Assembly (NCBI GenBank): GCA_050084985.1 | Contig: JBITNC010000001.1 | Location: forward strand, 60,822,001-60,886,000 | Reading direction: 5' to 3' | Length of the DNA: 64,000 nucleotides | Source: Nageia nagi | Taxonomy: Eukaryota; Plantae; Pinophyta | Shown here: piece after piece, positions 53,491 through 64,000 of the stretch | Numbering within the stretch: position 1 is the first letter of the stretch | Layout: each line of letters begins with the position of its first letter | Position numbers and translations under genes: made by a program | The notes under the pieces: model-generated | What the model saw: the letters and a program-made list of their open reading frames with translations, nothing else | The model's database searches: none | Told to the model about the DNA's origin: nothing

Positions 53491-55429
53491 GGCTTAGCCC
53501 TATTATCCTCTTCTAAGGTTTGAAACTAGAGTAAAAATATACCAACATATTTTTATTATTATCATTTCTTAATATTTCTATGATTCATACTATTTATAAC
53601 CTATAGAAATTGATTTATTACCTACTTGTCTCATGTTTTATCCATCAAACCCATTTTCAAACTATACAAATCCTCCTTATTTTTTCCATGAAAACATTAT
53701 CTAGTTTACGAAGGAAGCCAATGTCTTCTAGGTTACATGTCATCTATTCATGAAATTGCATAGGAAATACCTTTAAGACACAACAAACATGACCATAAAA
53801 AATCAAAATATGAAAATCACTTTATAGTCATTGCAATGATTTTTTCTAAATTGATGTATGTTAAATAATATCCACAAAGTACCAAAATTAACATCAACTT
53901 CAAAAATTAATTTTAATCATGCTAGATAAAGCTAATCAATACATATAATAAATTAATTTTCATATTTAAATTTTATTTTATCTTTATATATTAAATATTA
54001 TTTATTACATTTTATGTCAACAAGGGTTTACCCAACCCATAACAGTTAACCTTTAGGGTCCTTGGTAAAACCCAATTCAAATATTTTTATTTTATCTTAT
54101 TTAAGTACTTGCAAGTAAATTTTTAATTTATCTTATTTAATGGAAATTGTAAACACCCCCAAATAAAATTTTGGTCATGAAAACATAACAACACTGTCAA
54201 AGAACCTAACCATCCATACAATTACATAGTCATCCAAATCGATCCTAACTATCTTTTTTATAAAAGGGAAGTTAGAACATCATTTCAAAGGTGGAAGTCA
54301 TTTTTCATGAATTTGTTTTGAGTTTGCAAAGCAATTAAGAATACAGATGAGCATGAACAAGCAACATTGATCACACATCACCATAAATTAGGATTTTGCA
54401 AGAAATCCACCAAGGACTAGAATATCCAAGGTTGTATCACCCCACTTTGAGTGGATTGGAGGTATCTTTCTTATGAATTATGAACATATAGGCATATATA
54501 TTATTTGTGTAATGGTTTTGTAGGTATTGTAAAGCTTAAAGAATACTTGTATCCTTCATTATAACATAGATTTGCTTACTTGCATATGCTTGTGTGACAT
54601 TTAGGCATCCTTTAGGCTAATATCATTTTAGACTCAAAGCATTGTAAATATCTATCATAGCTATATCTTTTAGCATATGTGAGCATACCCTCTTGATCAT
54701 TGTGGTATTATCATTATGTAAAGCATATTAGATATTGATTATGGCATAGATGTTGTGTTTATATCATTATCTTGGTTATTTTTTGGGTGTTTGCATGCTT
54801 TAGGATTAAATCAGCTTTAGTTTATCATTTGTTATCACTTGTTACCAATCTTGTTGCATCATTTAGCATTTTTCAATATCATTTATCATTAACAATAGGG
54901 AAAGAGTATATCATCTTGCATTTAGGCATCATTCCTTATCTTTTTTCCATCCATTTGAATGTGGACAAGGAAGCCTACTCTCTTTTTAATTTAGGGCTTT
55001 CCCTACTTGATTGGCCACAAGGTCTTAAGGACTTAAGCTTAGAGGCTTCCCTTTAACATATTTTATTTTGGAGGTCTCCATAGGTATATCAAGATAAATA
55101 ATATCAAGAATATACCATCTTTCATCCTTGACATGGCCATTTGAGCACTAAGATTAACTCTATAAAATATCTACTAAATAAGCTCTTTAGACCTTGAGGT
55201 TTTGTTATACATGGTGCCCTAACCTCTTGTTTGTGAAGGATCTTTTGAGGCTTACAAAAATATCATAATCCCACCTCTTTAAGGTTATATTAAGATGAGT
55301 ATTAAGGTGTTAAATCTTTAAAAATTATTTATACAAGTTCATTTATGTACAAATATGATATACAATATCATGTCCAATGGCATGATTTCAATTTTATACA
55401 AAGATAGTAGAGTGGTTACTTCCATTTCG

Positions 55430-56257
55430 ATGTATAGTTTTAACATATCTATATCCCATTAAAGGGTGTTATATGACAAATAGGTTTAAAATAAAGTAGT
55501 GGAAAAGATGTTAGATTAGATATGTTGTAGTGAGAAAGTTTCAAAAAATAGGATTTGAGGTTGAAAAATAAAAGATATAAGGCATGAACAAGGTAATGAT
55601 AAATAGAAAATAAGTCCCAAAACCATTAAGAGTGTTACTCTAAGTATCACCAAGGGTAGATCATATTGTTAGAATCATCATATAATTTTAGATTAAATTA
55701 TAGTATAGTTTAGAGAAAATCATAGCATTCTTTGGTTAGGTATCATTTTTAGTATTTCAAATTGTTTAATTGCTAGAAGACAATACTTCCATAATTATAT
55801 AGGAAGTTCAAGTTATATGGTTTTATGAAAAACCATAGAGATAATTATTGGATAGGAAGTGCAAGTGATAGAGATAATTGTTGGATCGGAAGTGCAAGTG
55901 ATAGAGATAATTATTGGATATGAATTGCAAATGGTTTAGTTTTATGAAAAAAAAGAAGTACAAGGAACTAATTTTTTCACATTTGGTGCCAATAAGGGTG
56001 GGCCTTGTGGGTAAGAAAGAAGTGGTGATTCAACATAGATAGGTTTGTTTAGTAATCTTGTATTGCAAAACAACATAATGATATTTTAACTTTTGATTAA
56101 AAATATCATAAAATATTTTTAGTTGTTATGCAAGATTTTTAAAATATATTAGAGTTTGTATTTTATCATCCTTATGTTGAGTTTTTGAAGTTAAATATAT
56201 ATTTTTACATTCATAATTTTTTATTTCCTTGTTTATCATAATTTTATCATCATTCTT
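55430..56257 (+). repeat. Dispersed repeat, copy B (homologous to 7020-7785), ending at the gap
   Basis: Colinear blocks shared with 7020-7785. Confidence 0.8.
55835..55931. repeat. 33-bp tandem repeat x3
   Basis: atagagataattattggataggaagtgcaagtg at 55835, 55868 and 55901. Confidence 0.9.
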
Positions 56258-56357
56258 NNNNNNNNNNNNNNNNNNNNNNNNNNNNNNNNNNNNNNNNNNN
56301 NNNNNNNNNNNNNNNNNNNNNNNNNNNNNNNNNNNNNNNNNNNNNNNNNNNNNNNNN
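56258..56357. other. Assembly gap (100 N)
   Basis: Exactly 100 N, a usual placeholder for a gap of unknown size. Confidence 0.99.
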
Positions 56358-56627
56358 AAAAATGCAACAGTTGAAGTTGATGCAATCTCCATTTGGTGAG
56401 CAGCCTCTACAAACTTTTCTTCTCAAAAATCCAGTATTTGCCTTATTCTACAGGACTAGACTAGAGTCATTAAACATTAGCTCTTGAGAGTATTTTATTG
56501 ATCAGTGAGCCTGTACAGCAGTTGGGTCCCCTAGTCCTCATGTAGATGGTTGTATAAACCCATGTGGCCTCGCAATTATTATTCGAAAAGGCACCCCTTG
56601 ACAGTTCTTAATCTGTTCCTCCTGCAG

Positions 56628-57773
56628 CATGAATTTGAATGGATGGGAAGCGATGATCTTCATTGGATTCAATGCTGGCATTAGGTACGAAGTTTTTGGA
56701 ACCATGTCAAGTTTCTTTTTAGTTATATATTTTTGTATTCTTCTGAAGTGGAATTGATTGCTTACACTGTGTTCATCTATCTTTATAGTGTGAGGGTATC
56801 AAATGAACTCGGAGCTGGTCGCCCAAGGGCTGCAAAATTCGCAGTCCTTATAGTGGTCATAACGGCACTATCGATTGGACTTTTATGTATGTGTATTATT
56901 CTCGGCACCAAAGATGTGTTCGCGGTACTTTTCACCAATAGTGAAGTAGTCATGGATACTGTATCCAATATGGCAATGTTGCTTGGAGTGACAATGGTTC
57001 TAAATAGTGTACAGCCAGTTCTATCAGGTAGGATTAAAATGTTGATTCACTTCACTGTGGTCCTAAATATAGACAATTTAAAGTTCGTTACTAGTTTAAG
57101 TTGTTTGGCTTTCATCTATTTTACAATAGTTACTGAGGGTTCTTTGTAATTCGCAAACAAATCAGGTGTGGCTGTGGGTGGAGGCTGGCAAGCTCTGATA
57201 GCCTATGTAAACCTAGGATGCTATTATGTTGTTGGTGTACCCCTCGGTCTTCTTTTGGGATACAAGGTCGACCTTGGAGCAAAGGTACACTTCTTGTTTA
57301 GAATGCCAAATCTCAATTACTCTTTTTATGATTTCTTTATCCATAACACTTATAGTACTCCTGTATTTCATCTTCGAATGTATATACAGGGCATTTGGTG
57401 TGGCATGATTTGTGGAACGGTTCTCCAGACTTTAATTCTACTGTTAATCACATACTTCACTAACTGGAATAAAGAGGTAACTTGAATCTGTGCATAGCCT
57501 CTTAGTGATCCTACCTTATTCCATTGTTAAGTTGTTTGCTTTCGTCATGCAGGCTGCTCAAGCAGAGGATCGAGTCAAGAGTTGGGGTGGTAAAGTTGAG
57601 GTTCGTAGTAATGGAAGAGGGAAGGTATGCAATTGCCTGTAAATTTCATTCAGATGATCTATAAATCGCTAAGCGCTCTAGAATCCATTGAACTAAAAGT
57701 TTGAAATCTAATTAGTCCTTTCAATTTTGAATGGCAGAGGGAAGAGAAGGATGAAGATCGGAACAACCCTTAA
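56628..57773 (+). CDS. MATE efflux family / Protein DETOXIFICATION transporter, 3' exons only: 56628-56684, 56789-57027, 57166-57284, 57390-57476, 57553-57624, 57738-57773
   Basis: GT-AG introns with consistent phases join [38 protein letters not shown]...[35 protein letters not shown]...[20 protein letters not shown]...[19 protein letters not shown]. Exon sizes 57/239/119/87 match the usual plant MATE layout, and the sequence resembles the DTX33-35 group. The last exon is less certain and the 5' exons are absent. Confidence 0.95.
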
Positions 57774-58719
57774 AAATTCGAGGAGTTCAACAAAGGATAA
57801 ATTTCTCAATTGTTTAAGAATCATTTTTTCCCTACATTATAAAGCTCAATGAGCATAATTTTGTTGTATCAGCACACAAGTTATTCAAAGTAGATGATCA
57901 TATTCCAACCAGACCGATTTTATAGCTTTTCTGCCAGGACATCACTAATAGGGAATACAGCAAACCCTTTGGTGACTCGCAACTCATTTAGATGTGTAGC
58001 TTATACTCCTATAAAAACATGCACGATGTGGAAAAACACATCTCAATGCAAAATTAAAACTCCAAGCAGTTTTCAGAGAGTATGTAAACACACTCTTGCT
58101 CATAACCATGTTTGGGTAAGGATTTCATAATGTTGAGATGAACAATATAGATTTGTGAAAGAAGACTACCAATGTATCCTAATCTTCACATCATGTTCAA
58201 GGATTCCGAGCCAGGAGTTTCTTTGGCAACTTTTGAGTTTCATTTCTTTTGTTGTTTACTCTTTATTCAATGCAAGGATATAGCATTGGATTTTGTATGA
58301 AGTTTTGTGTCATCTTATGTTGGTGGAAAATGGAAGACAGAATATTATGAAGTGTGTGTAAAAGTTAATGTTTGAATAACAAAATGTCAAGAGTGAGAGA
58401 GAAATATGATATCTTATGGTAATACTTATTTGATTTAAATGTTGACTTTTATATTTTATTTTAAAATTTTTAGATATTATTTAACTTAATTTGTTGATCG
58501 TAATTAAATGACAAATGATTCAATGTGAGTTATTGTAAATTTGGTAAAAATATTTTTTAGATTTATTTTAATCAATATGGTTCTGTTATCACATAAAATT
58601 TATTTATGTATTTAAATAAATACATTTGCTTGCATTAATATACACCTAGAATATTAAAATTTAATGATATCAATGTTTATCTTGAATATAATCATAATAT
58701 TAATAATTGTCTTTAATAT

Positions 58720-59433
58720 CGTTATGTATTGTGGACTAACCCTATTTATGTAGGTACACACCGACCTAATGAGTAGGTCATATTATTATCTATATAAATA
58801 GAGATCTAATAGTAAGTCCACATCAAGGAGATACATGATCCCATATCTGGTCTTGGTGGTGGCAATCCTTTAGGTGTCTTTTGACATGCCATTCAAGGTT
58901 GTGGTTTGTGTACTTTCTTATGTGAGCTGTTCTGACACTAACGATTTATCTGGATATCATATTGCTTGATTGAAACATCTATATGCAAATTATTGACTTG
59001 ATTTGAAAGCAAAGAGCACTCTAACGAAGGTCCTCGATGCTCCTTATTCATTTTAAATACATCGTTGATGCTCCTCCTATACAACATATAGATCGCCCGT
59101 GGTCCTCTTTTCGTGGCATTTCAGGTTATAGCTTCTAGAGTAGGATTTCTCTATCATCCACATGTGAAACATATCATCGTTATTCGATGTTAGGTACGCT
59201 TTGTAGGTAAGTATACAAATCATAGTTCTTGATTGGTATTGTTATCCTAATTCTACAGTGGTTATCTTCTTCATCTGTTTATCTTTATGGTCTAAAATAC
59301 TATCCGTAGCTCAAAATAGGTATTTTGGATCTTGTAATTGTTTATTTGTTTGCATTCTCAAAATATTTGTAAACACGTTCCTTGACTATGTAATCAAAAT
59401 AAAAGTGTTTGAGCTATTGATAAATTGACAACA
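58720..59433 (+). mobile_element. Candidate solo LTR-like insertion downstream of the MATE gene
   Basis: Higher-GC block between AT-rich flanks, with a TATA-like ctatataaatagag and a ...gacaaca end. No TSD was found. Confidence 0.35.
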
Positions 59434-60989
59434 TGGCAAGAATAAAAGGTTATCATACAAGTTCTTAATCATTCTTTTATATATTTTTTATTTTAAAAAA
59501 TAGTGCATTCTTCAACCTAAAAGCATTTTAAAAAAATGTGTACTTATGAATTTTTAAGCTTGCAAATAATTATGGTATTTGAGGAGCATTACAATATTGA
59601 TAAGAAGTCATTAAATAAAAATTATTATTATTATTAGAAAAATGTTGCAATATAACACTATATGAATTTCGAATGGCATGAGCAAAGGTGAGGAGTGTGA
59701 GGAGGGGGAGCATCATCGAGGAGCATCAAAACCCTCACTTCAAAACCCTCATGTCACAAATGGTCAGAGTTTTCGGAATAGAAGCAAATATGCAAGGGGC
59801 ACAAGTGCATGTTGTAGCAATAGTTGTTTGAGGGGTAGAAGTGCATGTTGCAGGAGCATAGGATAAGGTTGTATCCATGGTTGCATTTAAAATTGATGGC
59901 AATTTCAGTGTGAAGGATTGAGTCTTCAGCTTATGAGCTAAAGGAGCATGTGGAGCTTGTAGAGCCATGAAGATTGTAAGGCACACATGAGAGGTGTTAA
60001 CCTAGGTATTTTTGGGTTTTCTATTTCTCATTTTTTACAAGAGACCAGCAATGGACTCAAGGGTAATTTTTAGTTTCTTAATTCCAAAGATAATAATTAC
60101 CATGAACAAAGAATTTTGCCAAATAATGATTTTTTTTAATTTTTGAATCTACATTGGCTCCTCAAGAGGATTACATTTCCTTTATACCCAAATTCTACCT
60201 CTAATTCTACCTAACAAAACTTACTAAAAATAGTAAGTTTTTATTGCACTTAGAAAAATAAGCTTACTATTTTTAGAAACACTACAAAATAGCTTAGATG
60301 AGTTCTGAAATGGAATCATCCATCTGTTATACATTAACTATGCCATTTCTAGAATAACATCACTGAACTAATACTCTTATCGAAAACTATTAAAAAACTA
60401 ACACTTTCAAAATCGGGAAATAACTTTGCATGTGAAATTTAACGATCCAAGATGGAGTCATCAAGCCCTGAAAAGTGGCCCAAAAAATCCAAGGCTCTCT
60501 ATGAGATCCTTGTCATGGCATAGAGAATTCGATTATAGGTGATTTGAAAAAAAAAGGGACCCTAACGAGCACCCGGATCAAAAATTATGCTCTTGACAAG
60601 GTGACCCATGATTTTAGGCCCGGTTGAGTGCATCAATACAGGTTTAGGGTTAGCTAAAAAAAAACATTTATTTTACTTTTTAAAGGTTTAGGGTAAAATG
60701 AAAAAAACTCTTATATTATTTTCTTTTTATTTTCATAACTTTTTGAAGCTAAGGTTAAGGTTTCAAGGTTCAAGGTTAATCGAAAAACCCTTTTATCTTA
60801 GTTTTTTCTATCTTTCCTAACTCATTCTAAGAGTTAGTGTGCATCCATCTGAGGTGTGTTCTCTACCACCTACACCCTTTTTACATGTAAAAGCTTTTTT
60901 GTGAATAAAAATATTTTTTGTCAAAACATATGTGACAATATTTTTAGAAAGCATTATGATGTTTTACTATTTTCATAAAAATATATTTA

Positions 60990-63900
60990 AATTAATTCCC
61001 ATCAAGGTATGTCCATCCACAAATGCATCAACCAATGCAAAATAAACTTGAGCTAACATGTTGCAACATCTAACACCATCCTCTTAAGTGTGTTGATAAC
61101 AATGACAACTATGTCATTGCACCTTCTCAACCATCTCCCCCTTTGGAATTGTTGGCAACACATGATCAATTTCTTATTGCTTTTCTCCTCCTTTGACAAT
61201 AATGCCAAAGGGCCACAACAAACTCCCTTGAGTCTATACACAACATTCTCAAGAAAAATTAGTACCAAAAATAATAAATTCAAGTAAGAGTAAAAAGGAT
61301 GAAATAGTAGAATTACTCCCCTTGAGAATGTGCACTCTATGTTGATCTAATGCTTGGGAAGTGAAACCATGCCCAACTTCTTGGGAAGATACTCGAACAC
61401 TTTCTTGATAATGATTTTATAAAAATGTCTACTGCTTTTTTTGTTGTAAGAAAAATTCTAATTTTACCTCTCCTTCCACAACTTTCTCCTTTAAAAAATA
61501 ATACTTAATAGCAATGTGTTTCATGCGAGAGTGCATTATTGGATTCTTTGAAATGTTTATAGCTCTTGTATTATCAAACTTTACTAAAATAGGCTCACTG
61601 AAATGAATACCAAGATCTTTTAGAGTTTTCTTCATCTAAAGTACTTAGGTGCAACATATACTACTGCAATATATTATGCCTCTACTATAACTAAGGATAT
61701 TGACTCTTGCTTCTTGTTATGTGATGCTACAAGTCTATCATCAAGATAAAATGCACTTCCATTGTTGCTCTTCCTGTCATCCACACAACTTGTGCAATCA
61801 TAATCCAAATATGAAATAAATATAAAATATTTTCCTTTTGGGTACCAAAGATCGTAATCTATTGTTCCTTTGAGACACTGCAAGATGTGTTTTACTGTTG
61901 TGATATGTGTTTCTTTCATACTTGCTTAAACCATGCAAACTACCTATAAAATATCTATTCATGTGACCATCAAGTACAACAAGATCCCTATCATTGTACA
62001 TGGCTTAATCAACTGGTGGTGACTTGTTAGGTATTCTCAACTTGCAACCTATCATCATTAGAGTACAAATTGACTCACAATCCTCCATAGTGAACTTTTT
62101 AGCATTTCTTTAGTATAGTTAATTTAAGAAATAAAAATGCCACTCTTTAACTAATTTACTTAAATACCAAGAAAATAAGAAAATTCACCTATCATGGACA
62201 TTTTAAACACACTTTGCATTTGATTGGCAAAATTTTTGAACAACTAATCTTTGCATCCTTCAAAAATGATATCATCCACATACATGACAACAATGATTTA
62301 ATATTCCTTTTTAGATTTCATTTAAATATTGTTATCAATAATACCCTTTTTAAACCTTTGTTGTTGGAGAAAAGTATCCAATTATGCATACCAAGCACAC
62401 AATGCTTGTTTCAACCATACAATACCTTTTTCAACTTGCATACCATGTTTGGATCCTTTGAAATCTAAAAACAATTAGGTCAAGTGAAATGTATACTTCC
62501 TCTTCAAGTTGTCCATTCAAAAAAGTTGATTTTACATCCATATGATATACTTTGAAGTTCTTATACACTGCAAGAGTACAAGAAACATTTGAATTGCCTC
62601 AATTCTAGCTATTGGTATAAAATTTTCTTAAAATCAATACCTTAACTTGTGTGTATCCCTTTCACACCAATCTTGCTTTATTTCTTACTACATATCCATC
62701 CTTATTTAACTTATTTTGAAATACCCACTTTGTGTCAATCATATTTTTGTTTTTGGGACTTGGCACTAGTTCCCATATCATTCTTGTATAATCATTGATA
62801 AACAACATGAAATATTTTTCACTATTTATATTTTGTATTCTCATGGATTCACACAAGTTTGTATGTATTAGCTCTAAAGGTTTGCTAGTATGATATTCTT
62901 TCACCTTAAATCTAGCTCTAGTTTGCTTTCCTTCCTAAATGAATCACAAATGGTGTTGGATGGTTTTGCAATATTGAGTATATCTCCCACAAGCTTCTTT
63001 GAAAATAATTTCACTAAATTGTAAAAGTCAAGTCTCTTATGCTAAATCCAATTCTCATCCTTCTTTTTGAGCAAACATGATCCCTTTAAAGTCTTTGTCA
63101 GTGTATACAAACTTTTGGATGTCCTTGTGCTAACCATAACCAACTTGCCATTGTTAGCTTTTCTAATTTTGTATCTATATTTCTTGAATTTTATATCATA
63201 CCCTTTGTCACAAATTTGACTAACACTTAATAAATTAGGTTGCAAATTGATCACAAATGATACTTCCTCTAACTTGATCTTTCCATCATTGATCTTGATT
63301 ATGCCTTTATTGATAATATGTGCTCCATCATTATTACCAAACTTTATTAATCCACCTTCATACTATTGTAGTTTCTCAAATCTTTATTTATCTCTAGTCA
63401 TATGATTGGAACAATAACTGTTTAGTATCCATAGGGCTACTTTGTCATATACTTTAAAATTTATTTGTACTATTAATGAATTCTTATCAATATTTGATTA
63501 TTCTTTCTCCTTCCATACTTGTTGTACTTTAGGTTTGGGCTCTTGTACTTGTTCTTTATTTTTTGTTTCTTGCATAGAGTTTTTTTGTATTTTTCTATCT
63601 TGCCTCATATATTGAAATCCTCTATCTTGAAGAGCATTTTAAGCAAATTTGTTTCTATAAATTCTTGCTATGAGTCCAAAATTATGACAATTTTAGCATT
63701 CTCCTGGATATTCATTAATGGTCCAAATGCATTCCTACTTACAAAAGTCCTTGGTACAACATTAAATTTACAATCTGATAACTTATGACCATAAGTATTA
63801 CATTTAAAACAATAGCCATTACATGAAATATTGAACTTGATTTGTGGTCTTTTGTAGGAGTTTGTAAGTGCAATGGCCATTAAATGAAAGATTGAACCTA

Positions 63901-64000
63901 TATATGAAACAAATGGTAGCCCCCTTTTTCACACCAAGACATGACCTCTCAAAAATATACACTTTATTCATGAAAATCCCTTTTTACTTTCAATCAATAT
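60990..64000 (-). mobile_element. Decayed Ty1/copia element (SIRE-like, multiple PPTs) with the integrase core deleted
   Basis: Minus strand: zinc knuckle CFKCNTYGHKLSDC, protease WILNSYCSNHMTRD, NLLSVSQICDKG, PLELIHTNLC, RT KWVFQNKLNKDGYVVRNKARLV, and RNaseH VDDRKS...KHIAIKYYFLKEKV. Several PPT-like ctcccc/ctcc tracts lie at ~61135, 61185, 61222 and 61316. Confidence 0.9.

Noticed and set aside
56126-56392. ORF 56126..56392
   Set aside because: It is open only because it spans the N gap.
56733-57485. ORF-track starts and ends for the MATE fragments
   Set aside because: These ORFs begin or end in introns; splice-defined exons are reported instead.
59678-59866. ORF beginning MSKGEE, like GFP
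   Set aside because: The similarity ends after six residues and the rest is unrelated, so this is coincidence.

Overview
Very AT-rich land-plant nuclear DNA that looks gymnosperm-like; that assignment is an inference from the TE families and the strong CG/CHG decay. Bases 1-56257 are almost entirely nested, heavily decayed transposons. These include Ty3/gypsy fragments, two LTR-bounded Ty1/copia elements (one with a perfect TATAG TSD), a MULE/SWIM-type transposase relic, a Sola2-like DDE transposase relic and a non-autonomous CACTA with a TTG TSD. After a 100-N gap (56258-56357) lie the 3' exons of the only intact host gene, a MATE/DETOXIFICATION transporter on the + strand, followed by a third, internally deleted copia on the - strand. 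Three things stand out. (1) Two ~480-bp direct repeats 1446 bp apart each carry a decayed minimal type I hammerhead ribozyme motif, a Penelope-like/retrozyme-like architecture. (2) Three ~320-nt hairpins sit in tandem, and the middle one has its loop flipped. (3) A long decayed ORF of unrecognised family is present in two copies. All alignments and translations were done by eye, and boundaries of decayed elements are approximate.
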